64,000 nt of DNA from an uncultured Acidobacteriota bacterium. GTDB taxonomy: Bacteria > Acidobacteriota > Vicinamibacteria > Vicinamibacterales > 2-12-FULL-66-21. Shown piece by piece: positions 32,680 to 43,609 of this stretch (within the stretch, counting starts at the first letter, position 1; every line of letters starts with the position of its first letter). The translations under genes were made by a program, and so were the position numbers. The notes below the pieces were generated by a model. The model made no database searches, was not told the DNA's origin, and saw only the letters and a list, made by a program, of their open reading frames with translations. The stretch covers positions 10,023-74,022 of the forward strand of contig CAVYTY010000022.1 in NCBI GenBank assembly GCA_963771395.1. The letters are read 5' to 3'.

Positions 32680-33213
32680 GTGGTGCTGCAAAAGGCAGAT
32701 GCAGACCCAGCGCGAGCACGTCTCGCCGACAGGCTCACGACCGAGCAGCAGCTCGGGCTGGCCCGCGCCCGAGCGCAGCAGATGCTCGACGAGCAGGCCA
32801 AGTGCTGGACCGACGCGTTGCGGCCCGAGCTTGCGGCGCAGGGCATCCGCTTCCTCGAACCGACCGAGTACCACGACAACCTCTCGCTGTTCCTCGCCGG
32901 CCATTTTCAGCGCGAGATCGCCCCCGTGCTGACGCCGCTGGCGTTCGACCCCGGGCATCCGTTTCCGCACAGCTCCAATCGCAGCAAGAACTTCGCGGTC
33001 GCAATCAAGCACGAGGGACGGACGAAGTTCGCGCGGATCAAGCTGCCGCCGGTGCTGCCCCGCTTCATCCAGCTCCCGGCGGCGTTCGCCGGCGGCGGCA
33101 CCGCCTTCGTCTTCATCGAGGACGTCGTGTGCGCCAACGGCAGATCTTCCACTGCGAACGGAGTTCACCCAATCTTTCCTTCGCGAGCTTCGTGTTCTTT
33201 GCCGTCTTCGTGA
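32680..33213 (+). pseudogene. ppk1: Internal fragment of polyphosphate kinase 1, no catalytic domains
   Basis: LRPELAAQGIRF, PVLTPLAFDPGHPFPH.SN.S.N, FARIKLP..LPRF, FIEDVV..N match the PPK1 N/head region; the ORF ends after about 177 aa. Confidence 0.75.
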
Positions 33214-33279
33214 TGCGCCGTCGGCCGTGATGTGCCGTCGGCCGGTAGTTGTGAGATGGCTTCTGGACCGTCGGCGACT

Positions 33280-33780
33280 CTAGACGAGCTTGCGCAGCAT
33301 CTTTGGCGTGATGAACCAGCAGAGAGCGCCCTTGCCCTTCGGAGGGAAGATCGAAAAGTCGATCCGGCAGATCGCGCCCTTCTTGAACGAGAGCGGCACC
33401 TTGGCGCCGATCAGAAACGCGGCGAGCTCGCCCATGTTCGGCTCGTGCCCGACGAGCGCGATGCGGGCCTTCCGCATGTGCTTGCCGAGCTCGTTCATCA
33501 CGGCCGCCGGGGACCCGGCGGGCGTCAGCGCATCGGTGTTGGCGATCGGCGGCGTCGACTTCATGATCTCGGCAAACACGTCCGCCGTCTGGCGGGCGCG
33601 AACGAGAGGACTCGACAGAATCTGATCGAAGCCGACGTCGAGCGCCTCGAGCGCCTTGGCTTCCTTGCGCAGGCGCGCGATACCATCGCTCGTCAGCGGC
33701 CGCTTTGAATCGTCGGGGTATTCTTCGCCGCGTTCGGCCGCCACGCCGTGTCGAATCAGATACAGCTCCAACGTCGCCAT
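33280..33780 (-). CDS. sixA: Phosphohistidine phosphatase SixA
   Basis: LYLIRHG, RPLT, SSPLVRARQTA, LVGHEP. Confidence 0.92.
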   Translation of the reverse strand: MATLELYLIRHGVAAERGEEYPDDSKRPLTSDGIARLRKEAKALEALDVGFDQILSSPLVRARQTADVFAEIMKSTPPIANTDALTPAGSPAAVMNELGKHMRKARIALVGHEPNMGELAAFLIGAKVPLSFKKGAICRIDFSIFPPKGKGALCWFITPKMLRKLV

Positions 33781-33793
33781 TCGGGTTCTACCT

Positions 33794-34762
33794 CTACTGA
33801 CCCGCGGCCGGCCCGATCGAACGCGCCGGTGCGCGCCTCACGGCAGGGCGCGCTTTGAGCGTCATCTTCAACGCGCGGGCGCGGTGCGCCAGCTGCGGCA
33901 CCACCACCGCCCGTGTCGTCTCGACCACCTCCGCCAGCTTCGGCAGCGCAGCAATGTAGCGGGCATGCAGGTGCCGGCACTGCTTTTCGAGCGCCAGGCT
34001 GATGATCTCGAGTCCGCCGTCGGGCCGCGACCGGTCGGATGGCTTCGCCTGCACGGCGGCGACGTGCGTCTGCAGCACCTGCAGGTCGTGCAGGCGGCCG
34101 AGCGTGTCCTGCGCGCGCTTCACGGCGCGAACGGGCGCCGACGCCGACTTCACGCCGGCATCGAATGCGAGCTCCATCGCATAGCGAAGCTTCTTTGCCG
34201 CGATGCGCACCTGGTGCAGTTGCTCGGGCGCATACATGTGCCCGGCCGCCGCCATCGCGGCGGCGAGAGCCTTGGACCTCTTGAGCAGCCGCGCGCCGAG
34301 CGCGTCGCGCCATGCCTCGGACCCGGTCTCCGCCAGCACCTCGCCATCGCGCCCAGACGCCGATCGAGCTTCGAGAGATTGACGTGGTCGAGACGCTTGA
34401 GCATCACGGCCCGCCGCGCGTCCCTCTCGGTGATGACACGGCCGCGGACGTCCTCGAGCGCGGGACGCGGCAGTGTCTCGTCCGCGACGAGCTCGTCGAG
34501 GATCTGGATCGTGACATCGAGCTCCCGGACAGTGCCGAGCGCCGTCGTCAAGGACCGGATCTTGCGGCGGGCCTTGCCCGCTTTGGTGCCCTTGACGCCT
34601 GAGGTCAGTACCGGAACGGCTTCCCGTAAACGCCGTGATGCGACGCGTGCCTGATGCACCCCGTGCCCGTCGCCCTGGACGGCGCCAGGGAGATGGCGTT
34701 TGAGCGCCGCGGCGCGGCGCGCGAGCAATCGGCTCGCGACAGTGAGTGTTTCTGCGGTTCAT
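33794..34762 (-). CDS. CHAD-domain (polyphosphate-binding) protein, frameshifted
   Basis: VHQARVASRRLR, LGTVRELDV, LHQVRIAAKKLRY, QDTLGRLHDLQV. Confidence 0.85.
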   Translation of the reverse strand: MNRRNTHCREPIARAPRRGAQTPSPWRRPGRRARGASGTRRITAFTGSRSGTDLRRQGHQSGQGPPQDPVLDDGARHCPGARCHDPDPRRARRGRDTAASRARGRPRPCHHREGRAAGRDAQASRPRQSLEARSASGRDGEVLAETGSEAWRDALGARLLKRSKALAAAMAAAGHMYAPEQLHQVRIAAKKLRYAMELAFDAGVKSASAPVRAVKRAQDTLGRLHDLQVLQTHVAAVQAKPSDRSRPDGGLEIISLALEKQCRHLHARYIAALPKLAEVVETTRAVVVPQLAHRARALKMTLKARPAVRRAPARSIGPAAGQ

Positions 34763-34835
34763 GGTAGGATCGCGACTCAACTTGAGAGAAAACGGCCAGT
34801 AAAGTCAACAAACTCGCGGCCGGCTCAGCCAGTAT

Positions 34836-34851
34836 ATAACGGCCATGTAAC
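34836..34851 (+). promoter_or_regulatory. Pho-box-like pair upstream of ppx
   Basis: ATAAC(34836) and GTAAC(34847), 11 bp apart. Confidence 0.45.
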
Positions 34852-34889
34852 GAAACAAGCCCGGAGAGCTCAGCCCAGCCGCCTCCCGC

Positions 34890-36486
34890 ATGCGTATCGC
34901 TGCCATCGACATCGGAACCAACTCGATCCACATGATCGTGGTCCAGGTGCGCCCCGATCTGTCCTTCGAGGTCATCGACCGCGAGAAAGACATGGTCCGG
35001 CTCGGCGCCGGCGGCCTCGACGGCCGCAGCCTGACGCCCACCGCGATCGAGCGCGGCGCTCCAGACGCTGTCCAAGTTCCGGCGCATCGCGGAATCGCAC
35101 AAAGTCGACGAGATCGTCGCCTGCGCCACGAGCGCGACGCGCGAGTCCGACAACGGCGGCGACTTCATCGCGGAGGTCGATCGGCAAACGGGGATCCGCA
35201 TCCGCGTCATCTCCGGTACCGAGGAAGCGCGACTCATCCACCTCGCTGCCGGCTACGGCGTCGACATCGGCGCCACCACCGCGGTCGTCGTCGACATCGG
35301 CGGCGGGAGCGTCGAGATCACGCTCGGGACATCCACGCACTTGACGGTCGGCCGCAGTTTCAAGGTCGGCGTCATCCGGCTCACCGAACGGTTCGTCAAG
35401 AGCGACCCGATCGCCGGAGGCGACGAACGCCGGCTGGTCAAGCACCTCACTCGCGAGATGGGCAGCCATATCGATCAGATCGTCGGTAAAGGCTTCACTC
35501 GGGTGATCGGCACGTCCGGCACGATCTTGAGCCTCGGCTTGATGGCCTCGACCGAGGACGGCGAGCCTCCCGAGGATCTGCGCAATCGCCGGGTCAGCGC
35601 GAAGGCCCTTCACCGTCTCAGAAAGCACCTCGTCGAATCGGACATCGAGGAACGTCTCGCGACGCCAGGCATGGATCCCCGGCGCGCGGATCTGTCGGTG
35701 GCCGGTTCGGTCCTCTTCGACACGATCATCCGCCGGCTCGGGACCAATGAGTTCACGCTGTGCGATCTCGCCCTGCGCGAAGGCATCGTGCTCGACTACA
35801 TCCACAAGCAACAGCGCCCGCATCCGCAAGGTCGAGCGCTACCCCGACGTCCGGCGCCGCAGCATCGTCGAGCTTGGAGAGCGGTGCGGGTACTGGTCGG
35901 AGCATGCACAACAGGTCGCGAGGCTGGCGCTGAACATCTTCGATCAGACGCGCGGCGTGCACGGGCTGTCGGACCGGGAGCGGGAGTGGCTCGAGTACGG
36001 TGCGCTCCTCCACGACATCGGCGTCCACATCAGCTACGAGCGTCACCACCGCCATTCGTATTACTTGATCAAGAACGGCGACCTCCGCGGGTTCGACCCG
36101 CAGGAAATCGAGGTCATCGCGCTCATCGCGCGCTACCATCGCCAGGCGACCCCGAAGAAATCGCACGAGGGCTACGGCGATCTGAAGGGGCCGCTGCGCA
36201 AGACCGTCAAGATCCTCTCGGCCATGGTGCGGCTCGCCGAAGGCCTCGATCGCAGCCACGCGCAGGCGCTCGCGGGCATCGACCTGTATCCGCGCAGCGA
36301 CGACTACATCGCGCGCCTGCGCGCCACGGGCGACGCCGAGCTCGAGCTCTGGGCCGCCAACCGCCACGTCGCGCCCCTCGAGCGATTGCTCGGCAAACCG
36401 GTCCGCTTCGAGGTCGCCGGCAACGAACTACAAGGACGCGTGGTCGACGGCACACCGACCACTCGGTTACAGAACGCCAATGCTGA
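34890..36486 (+). CDS. ppx: Exopolyphosphatase Ppx/GppA with HD domain; frameshifts near 35050 and 35810, end approximate
   Basis: AAIDIGTNSIHM, ISGTEEARL, DIGGGSVE, GTSGT, ALREGI, ALLHDIG..HHRHSYYLI. Confidence 0.9.
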
Positions 36487-37178
36487 ACAACCTGACGACG
36501 CGCCACGAGTATCCGGGAAAACTGTTCGTGGTCGAAGGCATCGACGGGTCCGGAAAGACGACGCAACTGGCGCTGCTGGCGAAGTGGCTTAGCGCCGCCG
36601 GCCACCCGGTGTTCGTCACCGAGTGGAACTCGTCGGCGCTGGTGAAGGCCGCGACCAAGTCGGGGAAGAAGAAGAACTCGCTGACGCCCATGACGTTCAG
36701 CCTGTTGCACGCGACGGACTTCGCCGACCGGCTGCTCTACAACATCATTCCGCCCCTCAAGGCCGGCATGATCGTGCTCGCCGACCGTTACGCCTACACG
36801 GCGTTCTCGCGCGACGCGGCGCGCGGCGTCGATCGGCGCTGGGTGCGCGAGCTCTACAGCTTTGCGGTCCGGCCGGACCTCGCGGTGTATTTTCGGGTGC
36901 CGATCGAGGTCTCCGCCGACCGTCTCCTCGCCCGCCGCGTGAAGCTCAAGTTCTACGAAGCGGGCCTGGACATGGGCTGGAGCACGAACGCGGTCGAGAG
37001 CTTCAAGATATTCCAGGGCAAGGTGCTCGAGGAGTACGACCGGATCGTGGACGAGTTCGAGCTGAGCGTCATCCCCGCGAGCGGCAGCATCACGGAACAG
37101 CAGCGGACCTTCCGCAAAATCGTTTCTCAGCATCTGGCAATCGAGGACACGAATGACGAGCTCGACGAGCTTGCCTGA
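36480..37178 (+). CDS. Thymidylate-kinase-like P-loop kinase A (intact Walker A)
   Basis: VEGIDGSGKTTQ, HATDFADRL, ADRYAYT; overlaps the end of ppx. Confidence 0.85.
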   Translation: MLNNLTTRHEYPGKLFVVEGIDGSGKTTQLALLAKWLSAAGHPVFVTEWNSSALVKAATKSGKKKNSLTPMTFSLLHATDFADRLLYNIIPPLKAGMIVLADRYAYTAFSRDAARGVDRRWVRELYSFAVRPDLAVYFRVPIEVSADRLLARRVKLKFYEAGLDMGWSTNAVESFKIFQGKVLEEYDRIVDEFELSVIPASGSITEQQRTFRKIVSQHLAIEDTNDELDELA

Positions 37179-38029
37179 CGGAGCGCCGCACCGGCGCGAC
37201 GGATCGCTGACAGGACGGCGCCAACGGCGGCGCCGGCAGCTACTACGGCAACGGGATCCCGTACCTGCCGATCGCGGGTTACCCCGGCAAGATCATCGCC
37301 GTCGAAGGGACCGACGGCGTCGGCCGGTCGACGCAGATCACGCTCCTCCGGGAATGGCTCGAGGTGCAGGGGTACGGCGTGATCGAGACCGGGTGGACGA
37401 GGTCGGAGCTGATGCAGCCGACGATCGAACTGGCCAAGTCCAGCAATACCCTGAACAAGCTGACGTTCGTGCTGCTCTACGCCACGGACTTCGCCGATCG
37501 GCTCGAGAAAGAGATCATCCCGGCGCTCAAGGCCGGCTTCATCGTGCTGTCGGATCGCTACATCTACACGGCCATGGCGCGAGCCGGCGTGCGCGGCGTC
37601 GACCGCACCTGGATTCGCAGCCTGTACGGGTTCGCCATCGCGCCGCACCTCGTGTTCTATCTGAAGATTGACGAGAAGACGCTCATCCGCCGGGTTCTGC
37701 AGGCCCGCGGCATGGACTACTGGGAGTCGGGCATGGACATGAAGCTCGGCGACGACATCTACGAGAGCTTCCGGGCCTATCAGAAGGCGCTCTTGAAGGA
37801 GTACGGGTCGATGTCGGAGGAGTTCGGGTTCCGGGTCCTCGACGCCCGGCGCAAGGTCGACGTCATCCAGGACGAGCTGCGGCGTCAGATTGGCGCGTTC
37901 CTGGCCGAGAGCGACATCACCACCGGGCCGAAGCGGAGCCGGCAGGCGCAGCGACGCCGTAAAGCCTGGCTGTTTACATCGAAATTTACACCAGCGAAAT
38001 TGCCCGGAAACTGGCACCGGATAGGCTGA
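37153..38029 (+). CDS. Thymidylate-kinase-like protein B (degenerate Walker A); indel near 37200, true stop possibly near 37962
   Basis: Frame is open from 37211: YYGNGIPYLPIAGYPGKIIAVEGTDGVGRSTQ, YATDFADRL, SDRYIYT. Confidence 0.82.
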
Positions 38030-38083
38030 CAGGGTCGGTATGAGCCCTGTCATGAACGCTGGCTGACCCCGGATCGACCTGTC

Positions 38084-38946
38084 GTGCAGACAACCCCGCC
38101 CCCCTGACCGTCACTGTCCGTCCCCAGTCACCGCAGTCGACGGATCACCCCGTCTCGATCGACGTCCAGGGCCTCAACTTCTTTTACGGGGCCAAGCGGG
38201 CGCTCGAGAACATCAGCATCGGCATTCCCGCCAAGCTCGTCACGGCGTTCATCGGACCTTCGGGATGCGGCAAGAGCACGTTCCTGCGGACGCTCAACCG
38301 CATGAACGACATCATCGCCGGCACGCGCGTCGAAGGCCGCGTGCTCATCGACGGGGACGACATCTACCGGCCCGGAACCGACGTCGTCGCCCTGCGCCGA
38401 CGGGTCGGGATGGTGTTCCAGAAGTCGAACCCCTTCCCGAAGTCCATCTTCGAAAACGTCGCCTACGGGCTGCGGATCAACGGCCTCGCCGCCAGCCGCG
38501 CCGACCTGAACGGCCGCGTCGAAGAGAGCCTCCGCCAGGCCGCCATCTGGGACGAAGTGAAGGATCGGCTTCACGACTCCGCGAATGCGCTCTCCGGTGG
38601 CCAGCAGCAGCGGCTGTGCATCGCGCGGGCGCTGGCCGTCAAGCCCGAGATCGTGCTGATGGACGAGCCGGCTTCGGCCCTCGATCCGATTGCCACGCAG
38701 CGCATCGAAGAGCTGATCTATCAGCTCAAGACGCAGTACACGATCGTCATCGTGACGCACAACATGCAGCAGGCGGCGCGCGTGTCCGACCGTACCGCGT
38801 TCTTCTGGCTCGGCCGCCTGATCGAGCACGGCCCGACGGACCGGATCTTCACGAACCCGGCTGAGAAGCTCACGGAAGACTACGTGACAGGCGATTTGGT
38901 AGCTTCGGTATCAGCGTCAGCTCAGCTTCAGCTGGCAGACGGCTGA
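38084..38946 (+). CDS. pstB: Phosphate ABC ATPase PstB; both ends affected by indels
   Basis: [57 protein letters not shown]. Confidence 0.93.
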
Positions 38947-38970
38947 TGCTGATGGCTGAGAGCTGAACTC
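38908..38970. repeat. TCAGC/GCTGA short-period hairpin between pstB and phoU
   Basis: atcagcgtcagctcagcttcagc followed by gctgatgctgatggctgagagctga. Confidence 0.6.
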
Positions 38971-38976
38971 ACGAAC

Positions 38977-39658
38977 ATGGCCGAGCGTATCGTGCCCCAC
39001 TTTCAAGAGGAGCTGGAACAGCTCAAGACTCGCCTGCTCGAAATGGGCGGGCTGGCCGAGGACCGCGTCCGCTCGGCGGTCAAGGGCCTCGTGCAGCGCG
39101 ATGCCCCGATCATCGATCGCGTCCTCGCGCGGCGACGGCCCGATCAACCAGCTGCACATCGAAATCGACAGCCGGTGCTTCAAGCTCCTGGCCCTGCACC
39201 AGCCGATGGCCGTCGACCTGCGGGCGATCGTGGCGGCCGTCAAGATCAACACCGACCTCGAGCGCGTCGGCGACCTGGCAATCAACATCGCCGAGGCGGT
39301 GCGTCGCTACATGCGGAACCCGCCGGTGAAGGAGCTCATCGACATCCCGCGGATGGCCGAGATCGCTCAGCGGATGCTGCGCAACGCGCTCGACGCGTTC
39401 GTGCGCCGCGACACCGAGCTCGCGCACGGCGTGCTCAACGAGGACGACACGCTCGATGCGCTCAAGACGCAGGTCTTCCGCGAGCTCCTGACCTACATGC
39501 TCCAGGACCCGCACACGATCGAGCCGTCGCTCGACCTGATCCTGATCTCGCGGCACCTCGAACGCATCGGCGACCACGCCACGAACGTCGCCGAAGACGT
39601 CATCTTCATGGTGTCGGCCAAGGACGTGCGCCACCACGCGGGCGAAGTCGGGGCCTAG
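38977..39658 (+). CDS. phoU: Phosphate signalling protein PhoU; frameshift near 39130
   Basis: LLEMGGLAE, HQPMAVDLR, DLERVGD, LERIGDHATNVAE. Confidence 0.92.
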
Positions 39659-39735
39659 TCGGCTCGGCTCTGGGCTCTTTTCCCCCTTTTTACCTGCCAC
39701 CTTTCCTCCTCCCGCCATTGATACAATGGCCGGGT

Positions 39736-39924
39736 TTGGCGGAGACTGAATCCCTCTGCGTCCACTGCCGGCGCCGGCGGGCCGACCCGCTGTGGCAACC
39801 CTTCTGCAGCGAACGGTGCCGGATGGCGGACCTGGGCCGGTGGCTCTCAGAGGACTACCGGGTGCCGGACGACAATCCGCAGGACGTGCCAGACGACGAC
39901 GCTGACGGAGAGAACGACCGTTAA
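39736..39924 (+). CDS. yacG: DNA gyrase inhibitor YacG
   Basis: CVHC...PFCSERCRMADLGRW. Confidence 0.8.
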   Translation: MAETESLCVHCRRRRADPLWQPFCSERCRMADLGRWLSEDYRVPDDNPQDVPDDDADGENDR

Positions 39925-39949
39925 TCACGCGAGCTGACGTAGATTCCGC

Positions 39950-41233
39950 ATGGCCGACACGCTCACGATCACCGACAACCGCACCGGCAAGCAGTACGAG
40001 ATCCCTATCCAGGACGGCACGATTCGGGCCATGGATCTGCGTCAAATCAAAGCTGTCCCGGACGAGTTCGGGATGATGACGTACGACCCGGCGTTCATGA
40101 ATACGGCGGCATGTCACAGCCGGATCACCTACATCGACGGCGACAAGGGCGTCCTGCTCTATCGGGGCTATCCGATCGAGCAGCTGGCCGAGCGCAGCGA
40201 TTTCCTGGAGACCGCGTATCTCATCCTCTTCGGCGAGCTGCCCACGGAGCCCAGCACCAGCAGTGGACCCTCGACATCACGCAGCACACGATGCTGCACA
40301 CGAACATCTCGAAGCTGATGGAAGGGTTCCAGTACGACGCCCACCCGATGGGCATGTTCATCAGCACCGTCGGCGCGCTCTCGACGTTCTATCTCGACGC
40401 CAAGGACGTCTTCTCGAGCGAGTCGCGGCGCCTGCAGACGATTCGCCTCATCGCCAAGGTCCCGACGATTGCCGCCTACGCTTATCGCCACTCGATCGGC
40501 CGCCCCTACAACCAGCCCGACAACGACCTGAGCTACTCGGGCAACTTCATCAACATGCTCTTCAGGATGACCGGGCAATTACACGGTGAACCCGGTCCTC
40601 GAGCGCGCGCTCGACGTGCTGTTCATCCTGCACGCCGATCACGAGCAGAACTGCAGCACCAGCACGATGCGGAACATCGGGAGCGCGCAGGCGGACCCGT
40701 ACTCGTGCCTCGCCGGGGCCGCCGCGGCGCTCTACGGTCCGCTGCACGGCGGCGCGAACGAGGCCGTCCTGCGGATGCTGACCGAGATCGGCTCGCTCAA
40801 GCACGTGCCCGCGTTCATCAAGCGGGTGAAGGGCGGCGACGGCCGCCTGATGGGATTCGGCCATCGCGTCTACAAGTCCTACGACCCGCGCGCGGCGATC
40901 ATCAAGCGGATCGCGGACCTCGTGTTCGAGGTGACGGGCAAGAACCCGCTGCTCGAGATCGCGCTGGAGCTCGAGCGCATCGCACTCGAAGATGAGTATT
41001 TCGTCTCGCGGAAGCTTTATCCCAACGTCGACTTCTATTCGGGCTTGATCTATCAGGCGATGGGGTTCCCGGTCGACATGTTCCCGGTGCTCTTCGCCAT
41101 CCCTCGCACGGCGGGATGGATCGCGCAGTGGGAGGAAATGCTCCTCGACCCGGACCAGAAGATCGCCCGCCCGCGCCAGATCTACATCGGGTCGGCCCAA
41201 CGTGATTACGTGTCGCGCGAGAAGCGGCGCTGA
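39950..41233 (+). CDS. gltA: Citrate synthase; frameshifts near 40250 and 40575
   Basis: [52 protein letters not shown]. Confidence 0.95.
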
Positions 41234-41250
41234 CCGCGCGCTCGGCCTCC

Positions 41251-42236
41251 ATGACAGAGCGGAGCGCACACGTCATCGTCCTGAGGCCATTCGCGGCCTT
41301 GACCGTGGTGCTGCTCGTCAGCCTGGCGTGCGTGCCGGCGCAAACGCCCACGGCGGCGCCCGCCGCGATGGCGTTCGACGGCGCGCGCGCGCTCGAGCAT
41401 GTGCGACAACTGGTGGCGATCGGGCCGCGCGTCGCCGGGAACGCCTGGCGCCGAACAGGCCCGCGACTACATCGCCGCGCAGATGAAGGCCATCGGCCTG
41501 ACCGTCGATGAGCAGGCGTTCGACGCCGCGACGCCCGGCCGGTCCGACGCGGATGGTCAATCTGCGCGTGACCCTCCCGGGCGGCGACGGCCGATCGCAG
41601 GGCCCTTCGACAGGCTCACGGCAGGCTCGGCTGATCATTGCCGGCCACTACGATACGAAGCGATTTCGCGAGTTCACCTTCGTCGGCGCCAACGACGGCG
41701 GGATCGAGCACCGCATTTCTCATCGAGATCGCCCGCGTCCTCAAGGACCCGGAGGAACGCGCTGCCCATCGAGCTGCTCTTCCTCGATGGTGAAGAGGCC
41801 GTCGTCGAGTGGCAGGGCACCGATCACACCTACGGCAGCCGATACTACGTCGACGCCGCCCGCAGGGCGGGCACGCTCTCGCAGATCAGCGCGCTCGTCC
41901 TCGTCGACATGATCGGCGACCGGGATCTGCGGATCTCGCGGGAGGTCGAGCTCGACGCCCTGGCTGACCGACATCATCTGGGCCGCGGCGAAGCGGCTGA
42001 AGCGGCCGGAGTTCCTCGATCGCGAAACGCCGATCGAAGACGACCACCTGCGGTTCCTCGAGGCGGGCGTGCCCGCCGTCGACATCATCGACCTCGACTA
42101 CCCCGCGTGGCACACGGCCGGCGATACGCTCGACAAGGTGTCGGCGGCATCGCTGCAGGTCGTGGGCGATGTGCTGCTGGCGGCGCTGCCGGATATCGAG
42201 AAGCGATTGGTCGAAGCCGAGACGTCGATGAAGTGA
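41251..42236 (+). CDS. M28-family peptidase or glutaminyl-cyclase-like lipoprotein; several frameshifts
   Basis: Lipobox SLAC; AGHYDTK, GANDG, FLDGEEA, DMIGD, EDDH, WHTAGDT. Confidence 0.82.
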
Positions 42237-42408
42237 CGCGGCGTTGGATCGGCAGCGCCTGCGGCCCGAGCGCGTCGCGAAGCGCTGCGCAAGAGCTGAG
42301 CGCGGAGTGGGCCGCGAGCGCGAGAAATCTGCGATCGCGAGTTCGCGTATCTCTGCGTGCTCGGGGAACCCGCTCTTCAGCTCGCTCCGGCCGCAGGCGC
42401 TGCTGATC

Positions 42409-43609
42409 CTATCGAGCTCTCGAATCTCCGCCTCCTCCAGAACACTCGACGACCCCTTGGCCTTCGCGAAGATCCGCTCGACGATCTCGTCGGTCACCGG
42501 CAGGCCGCGCTTCTCCAGCCAGAAGACGACGTTCGACTTCCCCGACATCGGGCCGACTTCGATCTCCTGCTCGCGGCCGACGAGGCTGGCCGGCACGCCG
42601 GAGTAGACCGCGTCCACGAGCGCCTGGTCCTTCTTCCGGAACGCCTTGATCACGGCGGCGGCGTGCACGCCGGTGGCGGTGCGGAACGCGTCGCGTCCGA
42701 CGACCGGATAGTTCGGCGGAATCGGCACGCCGGTCGCCTGCGAGACGGCCCCGCAATACTCGACGAGCGCCGACAGGTCGCGCTCGATATAGCCCATCAG
42801 CACCAGGTTCACGAGCAGCATGTCCATCGGCGTGTTGCCGACGCGCTCGCCGATGCCGATCCCGGCACCGTGGAGCCGCGTCGCGCCGGCTTCGAGCGCC
42901 GCGAGCGAGTTGATCACCGCCAGGTCGCGGTCACGATGGCCGTGCCAGTCGATCCCGACTCCGCCGCCGCACTCCTCGACGACCTGCGCGACGAACCGCA
43001 CGACCGCCGCTGCGCCCGCCGGCGTCGCGTGGCCGACGGTGTCTGCGATGCACACGCGTGCCGCCCCGGCTCGGATCGCCGTCGAATAGAGCCGGCGCAG
43101 CGTCTCCGGGTCCGCGCGCGTCGTGTCTTCGGTCACATACAGAACCGGCAGCCCCTCGCGCACCGCGAAGGTGATGGCCTCTTCGGTCAGCTGCGAGGAG
43201 CTGATCGATCCCCCATCCTTCGGCGTACTGCCGCAGCGGGCTCGAGCCGATGAACGCGCCGCACTCGATCGGAATCCCGACCCGCTGCGAGATCTCCGCA
43301 ATCGGCTCGATGTCGGCGACGAGCGTCCGCGCCGCGCAGTTGGCCGCCACGCGCAGCCGCTGATCGACGATCTCGCGCGCCAGCCGCTCGACGTCCCGTG
43401 CGACGTGCGGCCCCGCGCCGGGCAGGCCGATGTCCGCCGTGTCGATCCCGAGCGCGTCGATGAGATGCAGGATGCGCAGCTTCTCCTCGATCGTCGGACA
43501 CTTCACCGACGGCGACTGCAGTCCATCCCGCAACGTCTCATCGTCGAGGAGGACGGTCGGCGGCTTCGGATCGGAGGTCGCTGTTCCAGTCGTAGATCAG
43601 CGGGTGCAT
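42409..43609 (-). CDS. LeuA-family (DRE-TIM) synthase without the C-terminal regulatory domain, frameshifted
   Basis: DETLRDGLQSP, IADTVG, WHGHRDR, GIGERVGN, GVHAAA, GPMSGKSNV. Confidence 0.82.

Noticed and set aside
36480-38029. Simple duplication of housekeeping tmk
   Set aside because: The copies are divergent, one has a degenerate P-loop, and the context is polyP/pst rather than holB. Kept as a finding under a different interpretation.
38977-39924. PhoU-YacG fusion ORF
   Set aside because: The phoU frameshift near 39130 creates it. phoU ends at 39658 and yacG has its own upstream TACAAT element.
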